A DNA stretch of 64,000 nt from Hemiscyllium ocellatum (taxonomy: Eukaryota). The position numbers and the translations under genes were made by a program. The notes beneath the pieces are model-generated. The model searched no databases and was not told the DNA's origin. It worked only from the letters and a program-made list of their open reading frames with translations. Positions 24,448-37,915 of this stretch are shown here, piece after piece; positions within the stretch are counted from its first letter, which is position 1; each line of letters opens with the position of its first letter. The stretch covers positions 26,690,484-26,754,483 of the forward strand of contig NC_083408.1 of NCBI RefSeq assembly GCF_020745735.1, given 5' to 3'.

Positions 24448-26306
24448 GGTCCCATCTCCTGATCAGCCTTACATCCAGCGAGTGTCTTTATGTGAACAGG
24501 AATTCTCAGAAAATGAGAAGCCTCTCCCGCTGGAAGGGCCATTTAATTGAGAGTGTGGGCTGGAACAAGCATATGGGGAGTGAGAGCAACACCGGCCCCA
24601 TTCTGGTTGGAACCAGCCAAGGTCAGATGTACGAAGCGGAGATTGTGGTCTCAGAGGATCGGCTGTTTAACTCCAGTCCTGATCAGTACTTCAAGTATGT
24701 TTACAGCCTGGAAGAGGACGGCTCCCCGGCTCCTGTCTGCTGCCTGGAAATTGAGCGCAGCATTGACGCGAGATTCTTCGTCATTGCCACCACTCGCAAG
24801 CGGTTGTACCAGTTTGTCGGGAAGGCCCCAGAGGCCAGCGAACAGCAGGTATTCCAGCCCATCTTCAACCAGTATGCTGACTCTTTGCCCAGTTTCCAGG
24901 AGTTCCCAGTCAGCCTGGGCTTCAGTGAGATCTCTTTTTACACCTCCAAACTGCGATCCAGTCCACGCTCCTTTGCCTGGATGATGGGAAACGGCGTACT
25001 GTATGGCACCCTTGATTACAGCAGGCCTGACTCCCTTCTGAGTGACCTGAAGGTCTGGGAGTACTCAGCAGACACCGAGCCTCCCCGATCTATTGTCCTG
25101 ACCCAGTTTCACTTCCTGCTGCTTCTCTCTGACAGGGTGAAAGCCATTTGCACGCTGAACGGGCAGCTGGTCTTCGAGGACGTGTTCCCCGACAAGTTTG
25201 GCCGGCTCCTGCGGATGGTGAAGGATTCTGTGGCTGGGTTGATCTGGATCTACACGGAGAAGGCTGTTTTCCGGTACCACGTTCAGAAAGAATCGCGGGA
25301 TGTCTGGCAGATGTACATGAACATGGGCAAGTTTGACCTGGCGAAGGAATACTGCAAAGACCGGCCTGAGTGCCTGGATGCTGTGTTTGCCAAGGAAGCC
25401 GACCACTGCTTTCAGAACAAGAAGTACGTGGAAAGTGCCAAATACTACGCTCTGACACAGAGGTACTTTGAGGAGATTGCGCTGAAGTTCATCGAAGCCA
25501 AACAAGAGGAGGCACTGAAGGAGTTTCTGCTGAAAAAGCTGAAGAATTTGAAGCTGGAGGACAAAACACAGATGACCTTGTTGGTGAGCTGGCTCACTGA
25601 GATTTACCTGAACTGGCTGGGCATGTTTGAAGGTGATGAGAGCAAGCAGAGCCAGTTTGATGCGACGAGGGAGGAGTTCCGACAGTTTCTGAGCAGCTCC
25701 AAGATTAAAGAGTGCCTGCTCAACAACCGCTCGACCATCTATGACCTCTTGGCTAGCCACGGCAACGTAGTGGACATGGTGTTCTTCTCTGTGATCATGC
25801 AGGATTATGAACGGGTTGTGGCCCACCATTGCCAGCACGATGACTACAGTGCAGCTCTGGAGGTCATGTCCAAGTACCAGGACCCTTCTCTCTTCTATAA
25901 GTTCTCCCCCGTCCTCATGCAGCACATTCCCAAGCTGGTGGTGGATGCATGGATCACCATGAGGAGGCGGCTGGATCCCAAGAGCCTCATCCCGGCGCTG
26001 GTAAACTACAGCCAGATCGGCAGCTCGGAACAGATTGGTGAAGCCATCCGCTACCTGGAGTTCTGCGTACACGATCTGAATGTCACCGACCAAGCAATTC
26101 ACAATTACCTGCTGTCTCTGTACGCCAAGTACAAGCCCAAGGCCTTGCTGTGGTACCTGGAACAAGCTGGGTCAGACACAAACCACATTCATTACGACCT
26201 GAAGTACGCACTGCGCCTGTGTGCAGAGAATGGTCACCATCAGGCCTGTGTGCACATTTATAAGACAATGGAATTATATGAAGAGGCGGTAGATCTTGCA
26301 CTGCAG
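24448..26306 (+). CDS. VPS18: VPS18 exon 4 (beta-propeller and alpha-solenoid/clathrin repeat)
   Basis: 1859-nt open exon from GSHLLISL through IESVGWN to YEEAVDLALQ. Acceptor ttgcag, donor GTATGT. Confidence 0.97.
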
Positions 26307-26367
26307 GTATGTTAGATTTTTGGTTGCTGTTCTTCATGCAATAGTTACTGTGATTGGGATTGAGGAT

Positions 26368-26834
26368 CATTAGAATCCCTACAGTGTGGAAGCAGGCCTT
26401 TCAACCCATTGAATCCACACTGACCCTCCAAACAGCATCCCACCCAGACCCACACCCCTACTCTATCCCTGTAAAGAATTCAAGGCAGCTCACTACCACC
26501 TTCTCAAGGGCAAATAGGGATGGGCTATCAATGCTGGCCAGCCAGTGACGCCCAAGTCCCACAAATGAATAAAAAAACCTCTTGCATTTCTATGGCTAAC
26601 CTGCCTAGTCTGCATAACCCTTGCCACTATGGGTAATTTAGCATAGTCATTCCACTTAACCTATGCATTTTTGTAAAATGGGAGGAAACCAGATCACCTG
26701 TGGAATCCCATGCAGGCCCAGAGAGAATATGCAAAATCCGCACAGACAATCACCCAAGGCTGGAATTGGACCCGGGGTCCCTGGAGCAGAGGAGGGGGGG
26801 GCGCAGCAGTACTAACCACTGAGCCACCGTGCTG
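26368..26834 (-). mobile_element. HE1-like V-SINE, diverged, with an internal insert
   Basis: Head and tail motifs are recognisable. About 26475-26577 is an unrelated repeat 3' end. Confidence 0.72.
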
Positions 26835-27390
26835 GCCTCATTGATCCTCAGCTTATTGCTCGTTACAAAGAGCTTGCATTTCTGCAAATTTAATTTCATT
26901 TGAAAGAAGGCAGTCTGATAGTGCAGCACTTCCTCAATACAGTACTGATGTGTCAGCCTGGATTTTGTGCTTTGGTTTGTGGGAGTGGCATTTGAAACTG
27001 ATTCTACTAGCTTCCCGTTGCTGAGACTGGTTGCGTCTAGCTCTGATCTCAAGTAAAACTATTTAATTCACCATGAACTAATGACCATAGCTTGGAAACT
27101 TTATCCTTTTTTGCTTTGTGTGGTTCTGCTCTGTTCTTTTAAACTGAGTAAAGCCACCAAACACTCCCAGGACAGGGACAGCACAGGGTTAGATGCAGAG
27201 TAAAGTTCCCTCTCCTCTTTTAAACTAAAAGTAAACAGAAAGTTTCCTCTATCATCTGGTTCTGCTCTATATTGGATGTTATATTCATATAGTGCCACGT
27301 TCTCAACTGTGCATATTTGTGGAATACAATGAAGCGTTACAGATATTGCTGTGACAGAGCAGGAGAGAGAGAGAATCTAGGGAAAGGAGC

Positions 27391-28233
27391 CTAGTTATAA
27401 ATGGAATGAGCTGCCAGAGGCAGGTACAATTATAATATTAAAAGACATTGGACAAGTACGTCGATAGGAAAAGTTTAAAGTGATATGGAGCAAATGCAGC
27501 CATATCAAACTAGTTTAATTGAGGAAACCTGGTTGGCATGGTTGCATTGGACTGAAAGATCTGTTTCTGTGATGTATATCTCAATGATTCTATGAATAGG
27601 AAGGGTTTAGAGGGGTATAGGACAAATGCTGGTAAATGGGACTAGATTAATTTGGATACCTGGTCAGCGTGGATGAGTTGGACCTTCTATGACTCTACGT
27701 CTAACATTAGCTGTGATTCTGCAATTAGACAACATTTGCTGCAAAGTCCTGAGAGTGTGAAGTATTACACTGACAAACAATTTAGGATTCTGAAACTTGC
27801 TCTGTGTGACACAAGTGCAAGTATTTGAAGTTACATAATATTAATACACAGGGCCCTATTCTTTTCAGACAGAAAGAACATGTGTGCGCACTGGAGCCCA
27901 TTTCAATTCAACAAAATGGGTAACAGCCATTCTCTGGTTCACCTCTTGGGGCAATGCCCCGACCAGAGTCAATTTGCCTGGTTTAAAATTTAACAAAGCC
28001 TGGCTGTTAACTGTCAATTCACTAGCTGGTGTATTCTTCAAGGCACTGTCTCCAGGAACCAAATCAACCATTCAGCACTTTCCTCTCGTGCATTAATTTC
28101 CTGATAATTGTGCTGATGAGCACAAGAAGAAAAGCTTTGACAATTTTTTGTTTACAATACTTTGATTAGATTAGATTCTTTACAGTGTGGAAACAGGTCC
28201 TTCAGCTCAACCAGTCCCCTCCAAACAGTAACC
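27391..28233 (+). repeat. Near-identical direct duplicate of 16451-17285
   Basis: Both copies start CTAGTTATAAATGGAATGAG and end AAACAGTAACC. Few substitutions and small indels. Confidence 0.95.
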
Positions 28234-28849
28234 ATCAGCCATTATCTAATTCTAGGAGTAGTCCTAGGTGAATGTCCTACTCCTGTTCTTTTTTTCTTTC
28301 AAACCTTCTAAATCTCTATTAGAATTGTTTTAAATCAGTCTGTCTCTATTCCGTTAAATCCAGGTAGTTTCAGACTAATGAATGCTTTTTGTAAGGGGAG
28401 GCCTGACCACAAAGGTGGAATTGACTCCAAAGTGGGCTAATTTTCTCCAGTCCAGCCTTTCAGAGTTAATCCAATTCAGACTTCTAAAATACTGCTGCTG
28501 CTTGCTGCAAAGACACACCTCCCTCAGGCAGTAAAATGGTGCTGTCTGATAAATTGCTTCCCCTCAAATCTAAGATACCAGGGTCTTTAATTTGCTGTAA
28601 CTTGAATCATACAACTATTGTGTGGAAGCTAACTGTGATAAAGGAAGCAGACCTCTTGCTTAGTCAGGAACCAGACTCTTGCTTTTAGATGGAACATTTG
28701 GACCTTCAGATGACAACATCTCTTAACAGCCCAAAATGTTGGGGATTGCTATTTCAAAATAAATTACTATTTTCAAATCACTTTTACAACATATCTTCCT
28801 GCCAGCTTACTGAGTGAGCAAACTGTATTAAAGGTATCGAAATATCAAT

Positions 28850-29755
28850 AGGTAACAAGTGTGAGGTTATCCGTTTTGGACCAAAAAAGGATATAGGTAC
28901 TTTCTAGATGGTATAAAGTTAAATACAGTTATTGTCCTAAAACACATGCGGGTTTAGGTGTTTAAAATGATAGATTTTTAAAAATGATAGATCTTTAAAA
29001 TGTTATGAATAGAAAAAGAAAATAATTGAGATAGCTAACGGCCTTTATATTAAGATGATTTGGAGGATGCAGAACTGATGCTGCAGTTTTACAAAATTTG
29101 TGGTTAGCTTCCACTTAGAATAATTTGAGCAGATCTAGACATCTTAGGAAGGATAATATTGACCTTGGATAGAGGATAGCATAGGTTTACACAAATGAAA
29201 CCAGGTTAAGTTTGAGAAGAGATTAAACAAATTAGGCCTGCTTTCTCTAGAATCTAGAAGGTTAATGGGTGATTTGCTCGAAGTCTTTAAGATGCTAACA
29301 AAAAGACAGGGAGATAAAGATAAATTGTTTCCACTGGGGATTCCAGAACTAGTGGGCAAAGCCTGAGAATTAGGGTCAGACTGTGTTCAGGAGAGATAGT
29401 CAAAAGTGAGATTAGAGTCAAGAGTGGTGTTGGAAAAGCACAGCAGGTCAGGCAGCATCCGAGGAGCAGGAGAATCAACTTTTCACACAAAAGCCTTCGA
29501 TCAGGAATGAGGAGAGATGTTAGGAAGTGCTTCTACGCACAAAGGGTGGTAGAGGTTTGGAGTCTCTACTACATACAGAAGTGGATGTTGAATCAGTTGC
29601 TAATTTTAAATCTGTTAGATCATTTTTTGTGAAGGAAAGTTATAGAGGGGTATGGACCAAAGGTAGGTATATGGAGTTAGGCCACAGATCAGCCATGGTC
29701 TCATTAAAAAGTGAAGCAGCATAAAGCGACAAAACGGCCTACTTCTATTCCTGTG
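28850..29755 (+). mobile_element. Old CR1 3' fragment with a pLTR insert (about 29400-29510)
   Basis: Degenerate RT C-terminus. AGGAGAGAT is duplicated around the insert. Confidence 0.7.
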
Positions 29756-31032
29756 TCTCTATTGGCTAAAACTAGCCAGGAACACCCCAATTTATCTTGG
29801 AGTATTTAGGACGTTTCTACAATTTTGACTCCTTTCAAAGTGTTGACACTGCCATGGCAACTCTACATCCTTTTGGTTCTGAAACTTGCCCCTTTTGAAT
29901 CCCAAAAGTAATTTATGCCTGTCTGCTCTAAAAGTTTGAAAATCTCTCACAGCTCACTATTGTTCAGTTTAAAACTTGTAATTGAATTTATTTACAGAAT
30001 ATATAATTTCACAAAATAGGAGTGAAATACTTGATTTACACAATACTTTAAAAACAGTCTAAATTCTTGCTGCCATCAGATGCCTGAGTTGTGCATTTAA
30101 TGACTAGCATGGATTCTCAATTTGAGTGAGAAAAGGAGGCAACAAGAAATACTTATATTCTTCCATGTGCTCCTTTAAAACATCCTTTTTAAAGTCATCT
30201 CTTTTGTACTGAACCCCACTTTTTTGTTAAACATAATTAGATGAAATGTAAATAGCATCTTTAGCGATCTAGAGAGTTGTCAAACCACATCTGAAATATA
30301 ACCTCTTTGAATTTTCTAACAATTTAACATGGGTTAGAACTTATAATAAAACTAACATTATCTTTTTTTCCCAATAAACTAAATGGGCTAGGTATCCTAG
30401 CAATGTAAATATTGCTTGATAATGCTTGTTTTTTTTTGTTTAATGTGGCCCTATGATTTTTAAAAAAGCACACTAAAAATAGTGCAAGTGCAATTGACCT
30501 TTGAGCTGAATATTATGAACTAAACAATATCAAAAAATAACACTTGTATATCTTGGGACTTGACAGTCACCAAAATGATACTGGGGTTAAAGGATATGAA
30601 AATAGGTAATGCAGACTAGACTTTTATTCCATTTGAATTTAAAAAATTGGGGTGAGGGGATCTAATTAAGATATTTCAGATGATCAAAGAATCTGATGAA
30701 AGTGAGAAACTACTTCTGGTGGAGTAAGTCCAGAATAGAGTTAGGGGATGTATAACTTCAAACTGAGAGCTAGGTCATTCAGGGGTCATGAAGCTTTTCT
30801 TCACTCGAGAAAGGAAAAGTGAGATTCTCTGCTTCATCTCCCAAAAAGCTGCTGAGGCGGTGGGAAATTTTGAAAATGTCGAATATGATTGGCTGTGATT
30901 TAACTGAATGGCAGAACTAGCTGGAATCCTGTACCAGGTTTCTCTTATGGAAATGTTCAAATAGGAAGTGGTTGTGTAACTTCTGCCATCTCATTTTCCT
31001 CATGAGAGTAATTGGATATGAGTCAGCAGTAG

Positions 31033-31498
31033 GGGATGGCTCAGTGGTTAGCACTAGTTGAAAGGTTCTCTGGTGAAGATGTTGGGGGCAGGGAATCTGA
31101 AGTTATTGAGGAGGTGGAGCCTTGATGAAAGGTTAAGCTGGAAATGTTGACACTCTTGCTCCTCATGCTGCCTGACCTGCTGTGCTTTTCCAGCAACACT
31201 GTCAACAGGGGTTAGCACTGCTGCTTCACAGTGGCAGGGATCTGGGTTTGACTCCACCCTTAGGTGACTATCTGTCTGTGTGGACTTTGCACGTTCTCAG
31301 TGTCTGTGTGAGTTTCCTCCCCTCGTCCAAAGATTGGCCGTGCTAAATTACCCATAGTATCCAGAGATGTGCAGGCTAGGTGAAATAGACTTGGGAAAAT
31401 GCAAGAGTAGGGTGAGTCTGGGTGAGACGCTCTTTGTGGAGGTTTGGTGTGTACTTGAAGGGCCAAATGGCCTCTTTCAGTACAAATTCTATGATTCT
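31033..31498 (+). mobile_element. HE1-like V-SINE interrupted by a Penelope pLTR fragment
   Basis: The head is split, with GGTTAGCACT duplicated near 31046 and 31210 around the insert. Confidence 0.75.
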
Positions 31499-31615
31499 AG
31501 TCCACAGGTAGATGGACGGTATCTTTGTGGTCTAAAGCATTTGAATAGCAGTTCTAAAGCATGAATGTTCTGTCACTGTTCTCCTTATGACTGATGAATG
31601 TCTTTATAAAAACAG

Positions 31616-32338
31616 ATGGATGTAGATCTTGCTAAATCATGTGCAGACATGCCGGAGGAAGATGAGGAGCTTCGTAAGAAGCTGTGGCTGAAGATTGCCC
31701 GTCATGTAGTCCAGGAGGAGAAGGATGTCAAGAAGGCCATGGTTTGTTTATCCAGCTGTAACCTGCTGAAGATTGAAGACATTCTGCCCTTCTTTCCAGA
31801 TTTTGTGACCATTGACCATTTTAAGGAGGCCATCTGCAGCTCCCTGCAGGAGTATAACAAGCACATCGACGAGCTCAAGCAGGAGATGGAGGAGGCGACA
31901 GAGAGTGCCAAACGAATCCGGGAAGATATCCAGGAGATGAGAAACAAGTATGGTGTGGTGGAGTCTCAGGAGAAATGCGCCTCCTGTGACTTCCCACTGC
32001 TGAACCGCCCATTCTATCTATTCCTGTGCGGCCACATGTTCCATTCAGACTGTCTCCTACAGGAAGTGATTCCTCACCTCTCCCCTTTCAAGCAGACCAG
32101 GCTGGAGGAGCTGCAGAAAAAGCTGGTGACCAGCAACCAAGTGAAATCCCGGCAGCGGCCAAAGGAAGGAGGAGAAGGCAGTCACAAGGGACAACAGTCC
32201 CGTGATCAGATCAAAGCTGACATTGATGATATTGTGGCAGCCGAGTGCATTTATTGCGGAGAACTGACAATTAAATCAATAGACAAACCTTTTATCAACC
32301 CACAGAAATATGAAGAGGAGAATAACAGCTGGCTATAA
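31616..32338 (+). CDS. VPS18: VPS18 exon 5 (coiled coil and C-terminal RING)
   Basis: Acceptor aacag. Encodes LRKKLWLKIARH, LKIEDILPFFPDF and RING CASC...CGHMFHSDC...CIYC. TAA ends at 32338. AATAAA at 32498, 32668 and 32966. Confidence 0.97.
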   Translation: MDVDLAKSCADMPEEDEELRKKLWLKIARHVVQEEKDVKKAMVCLSSCNLLKIEDILPFFPDFVTIDHFKEAICSSLQEYNKHIDELKQEMEEATESAKRIREDIQEMRNKYGVVESQEKCASCDFPLLNRPFYLFLCGHMFHSDCLLQEVIPHLSPFKQTRLEELQKKLVTSNQVKSRQRPKEGGEGSHKGQQSRDQIKADIDDIVAAECIYCGELTIKSIDKPFINPQKYEEENNSWL

Positions 32339-33189
32339 GGTTTGTTCTCTGGTACAGTTGCTCTCCCAACCTGTGGGCTGTTCTGTGCTGAATCAGCGCC
32401 TCAGATATTGGGACTTGTAGTGTTACTATTTGCACTTGTAACTGATGCTTCTACACTGCTGAATATTCAAAGCTGGCGTAGCTACCCAATGGGAGCAAAT
32501 AAATTGTAAACACCTTGTACAGTTAAAATTTTATGTAGTTCAAGTCATTCTGGCATTGAAATCCAGGAAAAATGCATCATGTGAAATTGTGGTTATTGTT
32601 ACTGGATTAACCATCTAGATTCCCATCATACAAATTCACAAATCCGATCCAGTTTATGCAACAGGGGAATAAAATGTTCACACTGGTAAAAGTGACCACG
32701 AATCTGTCATTTTGAGAACCAAGTAGTTTACTTAAGGATGGCAGGTTTGCTTCCCAAAATGTCATTAAGTTTGTAGTTTTAAAAAAATGAATTTCTGCTC
32801 CTAAATATGTGCTTCAAAAGCATTTGCTTGAAATACCATAGTCATGTTATAAATCAGAGGTCGTCAACCATTCCACTTGAGGTCACCCCTCTCCCACAAA
32901 CCCTTAAAACAAGAATTTAAGTTAAACATGTTTGATTTTATTTAATGCAAAACTTAATGCTGAACAATAAATTAGCCAGGCACACTGATTTGTGACATAC
33001 GTGTTCTTAAGTATTGGTTTGTTTTCATTGATTTGGAAATCCAGTTTTGCAGAAGTTGGTTGCACTTGGTGGAATGTCATTACAGCAAGTTTCACACTGA
33101 GCCACTCACCATCCTGACTTGAACATATACTGCTGTTACTTTAGTGTCAGTGGGTTCAAAGCCTCAAAATCCCACCCGTTGAGGATTTA

Positions 33190-35920
33190 GAAGATCATAA
33201 GCTATGAGTAGAAATAGGCCATTCAGCCCATATTCAGCTAATGTTTCTCAATCCCATTCTCCTGTATTCCTTGATCACTTACTGTTTAACAACTCCACTA
33301 TTTATCTTAAAGACACTCAATGACTTGACCTCCATAGCCTTCTGCAGCAATGACTGCCACAGAGTCACCACCCTCTGGTTGAAGAAATTCCTCATCTCCA
33401 TTCTTAAGTCTTCCCTTCACTCTGAGGCTGAACCCTCGGGTCCTAGTCTCTTCTATTGGTATAAACATCATCTCCTGTCCACTCTATTTAGGTCTCAGCA
33501 TTCTGCAAGTTTCAATGAAGCCCCTCCTTGTCCTTCTAAAATCCTTTGAGTACAGATACAGAATCCTTGACCACTCCTTCATTCCTGAAATGACTCGTGA
33601 ACATCCTCTTTTTTTAAAATTTTAGGCCCAAAGCAGAGCCATATAGAGCTTCAGCAATACATCCCTAACAGTTTTCACCCTCTTGAAATGAAATGTTAAC
33701 ACTGCATTTGCCTTCCTAATTGCCAAACAAACATGCATGCTAAACTTGAGAATATTAAACCAAGGACTCGAGTCGTTTTGTGCTTCAGATTTCTGCTGCT
33801 TTTCTGTATTTATGCCTCTATTCTTCCTACCAAATTGCATAACCTCACATTTTCCCACCTTGTATTCCATCTGCTGTTACTCTGCTCAGTCTGTTCAAGT
33901 CCTTCTGCAACCTCCCTGCTTTTTCAACACTTGCCTCTCCACCTATTTTTGCATTATTTGCAAACTTAGTAACAATACCCTGTTACATTATCAGACATGA
34001 CCTCCCCTTGTCAAAGCAGTGTTGACTCAGCCCTATTTTACCACACACTTCACCCTTAATAATTGACTCTCAAATCTTACCAATGACCAAGGTCGGCTAA
34101 CTGGCCTCCCTCCCTAAGCAGGTGCTCCATTAGCCATTTCCAGCCCTCTGTGACCCTCACTGACTCAAGTGATTCATAAAAGATCATCAACACCTTCACA
34201 AATTTCTTAGTTATCTTTTTCAGAATCCCAGCAGATTTATTCACCTTCAGACCTTTCAGCTTTCCCAGAGCCACCAACTTAGTGATGGCCACTACTCTCC
34301 TCTGTTCCCTAAATTCTCAGTTCTGATATACTACTGGTTTCTTCCACTCTGAAGACAGATGCAAAGTACCTAATCCATTTTTCTGCCATTCTGTTTCCCA
34401 TTACTCCTGCTCCAATTTTATTTTCCAGCAGTCCAATGTCTAGTCTTGCCTCATCTTTTATATACTTTTTAAAAACTCTTGCAGTCTCCTGTTTGTTATT
34501 AGCTGGTTTACTCTAATATTTCATCTACTCTCATTGCTTTTATTTAAAAAAAATTCTCTGCTGGTTTTTAAAGACTTCCCAAATACTAACTACACAAAAT
34601 ACACTTCAGTGGACCAAGAAGGTAGCTCACCACCTTCTCAAAGCTAAATAGGGATGGGTAATTAATGCTGGCCGAGCCACTGCCACAAACATCTCATGGG
34701 TGAATTTTAAAAATAAACCATAACCTATAATTTCCCATACCTGTGTCAAAGTCAAAGAATCATACAACATGGAAACAGACCCTTCAACACAACTCATCTG
34801 TGCCAACTTGGTTTCCCAAGGTGCCTGTTGCCTGTGTTTGGTCGGAGTCCTAGAGATGTACAGAAAGGACAGATCCTTCGGTCCAATTTGTCCAGGCTGA
34901 CCAGATATCCCAACCAAACTAGTCCCACTTTCCAGCACCTGGCCCATATCCCTTCAAACCCCTCATTCATATACCCATCCAAATGACTTTTAAATATTGC
35001 AATTGTACCAGCCTCCATTTCCTGACAGCTCATTCCAAACACACACCACCCTCTGCATGAAAAAGAGGCCCCTTAGTCTCTTTTATATCATTCTCCTCTC
35101 ACCTTAAACCTATGCCCTCTCATTCTGGACTCCCCCCACCTCAGGGAAAGACTTTGTCACCCCTCCACCTCCAATGCTCCAGGGAAAATAGCCTCAGCCT
35201 CTCCTATAGCTCAAATCCTCCATCCCAGACAACATCCTTGTAAATCTTTTCTGAACCCTTTCATGTTTCACAACTTCCTCCTGATAGGAAGGAGACCAGA
35301 GTTGCATGCAATATTCCAAAAGTGGCTGAACCCAACATCCCACACAGCTGCAACATGACCTCCCAACTCCTATACTTAATCTGACGAATAAAGGAAAGCA
35401 TACCAAACACCTTCACTATCCTATTTGCCTGTGACTACTTTCAAGGATCTATGAACTCTTTGTTCAGCCAGGTCTCTGTTCAGCATCACTCCTGAGGACC
35501 ACACCATTAAGTGTATAAGTCCTGTTAATATTTACTTTCCCACTAAATCTAAATTAAACTCCATATCCCATATCCCTTTAAAAATTTCCTATTTATGTAG
35601 CTGTCCAGATTTGTTTTAAATGTTGTAATTGTACTTGTATCTGCCACTTTCTCTGGCAGTTCATTCCATATATGTAACATGGTGAGACGTTGCCCCTCAG
35701 ATCCCTTTTAAATCTTTCCCCCCTCATTAAAATTATGCCCTCTAGTTTTGAACTCTTACCCTAGGAGAAAAACCTTTGCCATTCACCTTACCTATGCCTC
35801 TCATGGTTTAATAAATCTCTAGAAGGTCACCCTTCAACACTCCAGGGAAAAAAAAAGTCCCAACCTATCCTTTGAACTCTAACTCTCCAGTCTTGGTAAC
35901 ATCCTTGCAAATATCTTGGG
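33190..35920 (-). mobile_element. Cluster of degraded CR1 fragments between VPS18 and HAUS2
   Basis: KCEVMQFGRKN and LEYCMQLWSPSY...ERVQKRFTRML motifs. Multiple 3' UTRs. Confidence 0.75.
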
Positions 35921-37388
35921 CGGTTACTCATTCCCGTTATGTATTTCTGTCCATTCACAGCAACCCTAGTCAAAAGCATTTTCCACACAATTATCAAACA
36001 TTTTTTGTTTGAGCCATCCCTCAAATTTTTCTGCTACATTTGCAGTATTGATTTGTGGTTCCAGAGGTGGTTAACATTCAGACTTCAGAGATCTGTACAA
36101 CAGCCACACTTGCCTGCTGTCTAGTTCCTTTTTTTTTTGGAAATTTCCACAAGTTGCCAGTATTCTGCTTGCAGCAATAAAGGAACAATGATATATGTCC
36201 AAATCAAACTCCTGTGCAAATTGGGGGGGGGGGGGGTCGCTGAAGGGGTCAAAGATTGAAGCTAATGGTGTTTCCACATCAGTAAACAAAGTTGTTGATT
36301 CAGCAAACTCCTACATCCCAGAGGGTGTCAAAAGCATGAGATGTATTGTTCCAACTGCACCTATCCAAGCCAATGGTACATATCAAAACATTTCTGATTT
36401 CGACCTGGTAATTGGTAGAAGGTTGGAGAGATAAGAATTTCAAACACTAGACGCCTTGTGGCCGCTCCACTGATCATATGCTTACAGTTAGTGCACTGTT
36501 TGCTAATTTACATTTGTAAATTTTTTTTATTGCCTCAATATGGTAAAACAAATTTCACAAAAAAGCATCACTGTACCCAATTTTTTAATACACAAGATTG
36601 TGTGCAAATGTTATCCTTTGAGGCAAGGTCATTGACAGCATAACATTCAATAAGTTAGTACAACTCAACACTAAAAGATTAATCTTTGGGTATGTTTTGG
36701 GCTTGCTTTCCCTGATGAAATGCAGTGTCCACTTGGAATCAATTAACACCTTCCTACCGATCCACTATTTGCCTGGGATAACATTCCCTAGTGCAGCAAA
36801 GCCACTGACAGAAGGTTCTGGGTTTCATTCCTGTTTGGGGAAGGCTGGGAAGCATCAGCCTTGGGTCGGCTCCTCATCACGATTCATTGATTCCTGCTGG
36901 AAACTACAGGGCAGAACACTGGGCAAGGCCAAAATTGGACTTGGCTGCCCCTGTGTAACAGCTCTACTGATGTTTGTGTGGGCTGATACGAAGATTGCTT
37001 ACTTGAATGAGTTACCATAGCAGTAAAGGTTGCCAGGAAAAGATGCCCATAAAGCAATCACTACCTGCGCAATCTCAGGCATAGCTCTGCCAAATAAAAT
37101 GTGCCAGCCTGCTATTTTCCATAGGGAATGACCAAGGGTCCATTGCTGACATATTAGCTTGTGACTGTTGAGGGTAGTCAAGTCAGTCGTTTCAGCAATG
37201 TGGTTTAACTCAGAAAGTTGACCTGGATACTTCCCATAATCAATGATACAAGGAAGCAGTCACAACCACTGGTTAATTTCTGCTGTCAAGATTACCCACA
37301 AGAAATTTATACATTAAAATCTAGAAATTCAAAAAAAAATTCTTATAACGAATGGCTTAATTCTGATCTCACAGCCCAAAAGCAGTCA

Positions 37389-37505
37389 TCATTTACTTCC
37401 CAGATGTTCAAGTTCAGTCTTCTGCTGCTCTCTCCATCTCATGATCAACTCCAACAGTTCCTTCAGCTCCAGTATCTCGGATACCATTTTGGCAACAAGA
37501 TTTTC
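37389..37505 (-). CDS. HAUS2: HAUS2 terminal coding exon
   Basis: ENLVAKMVSEILELKELLELIMRWREQQKTELEHLGSK* versus HAUS2 NQALAKM...ILKWRKQQ. Total CDS 624 nt. Candidate AATAAA on the minus strand at 36526-36531. Confidence 0.88.
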   Translation of the reverse strand, partial: ENLVAKMVSEILELKELLELIMRWREQQKTELEHLGSK

Positions 37506-37806
37506 CTAAATAAAAAACAGATGGTTTAAAAAAAAGTTTTTTTTAAACTAATTCTCTTTCTACTTATCACAAATGGATCAACATAAAGAGATAGAGAACT
37601 GAATTGTTTTATTTCTAATGCAAAGGCAGGTACAACATGAGGATAGACACAGAATAGAGCACCAACATGGTCCCCAAACACACACAGAAGAGGGACTGAT
37701 ACAGAGTAAATCAACCTCCTCTTACACCAAAAGTAAAGCTCAGTCCAAACAGAAAGTAGACTTCTCCTAGATCCTCACCAAACACAGGATCAGATAGAGT
37801 ACTTAC

Positions 37807-37915
37807 CATTATCTTTACTTTCTTGGTCACCTGAGGAATGGTATTTATCAGCTCCAGATTGGAGTCCAGTTTCTCAATGAAATTAACCATCATGGGCAGG
37901 ATTTCAGAGACATAC
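37807..37915 (-). CDS. HAUS2: HAUS2 coding exon 5
   Basis: YVSEILPMMVNFIEKLDSNLELINTIPQVTKKVKIM. Donor GTAAGT. Phases consistent. Confidence 0.9.

Noticed and set aside
25065-26165. 366-aa minus-strand ORF
   Set aside because: Antisense shadow of VPS18 exon 4, explained by codon bias. No recognisable domain.
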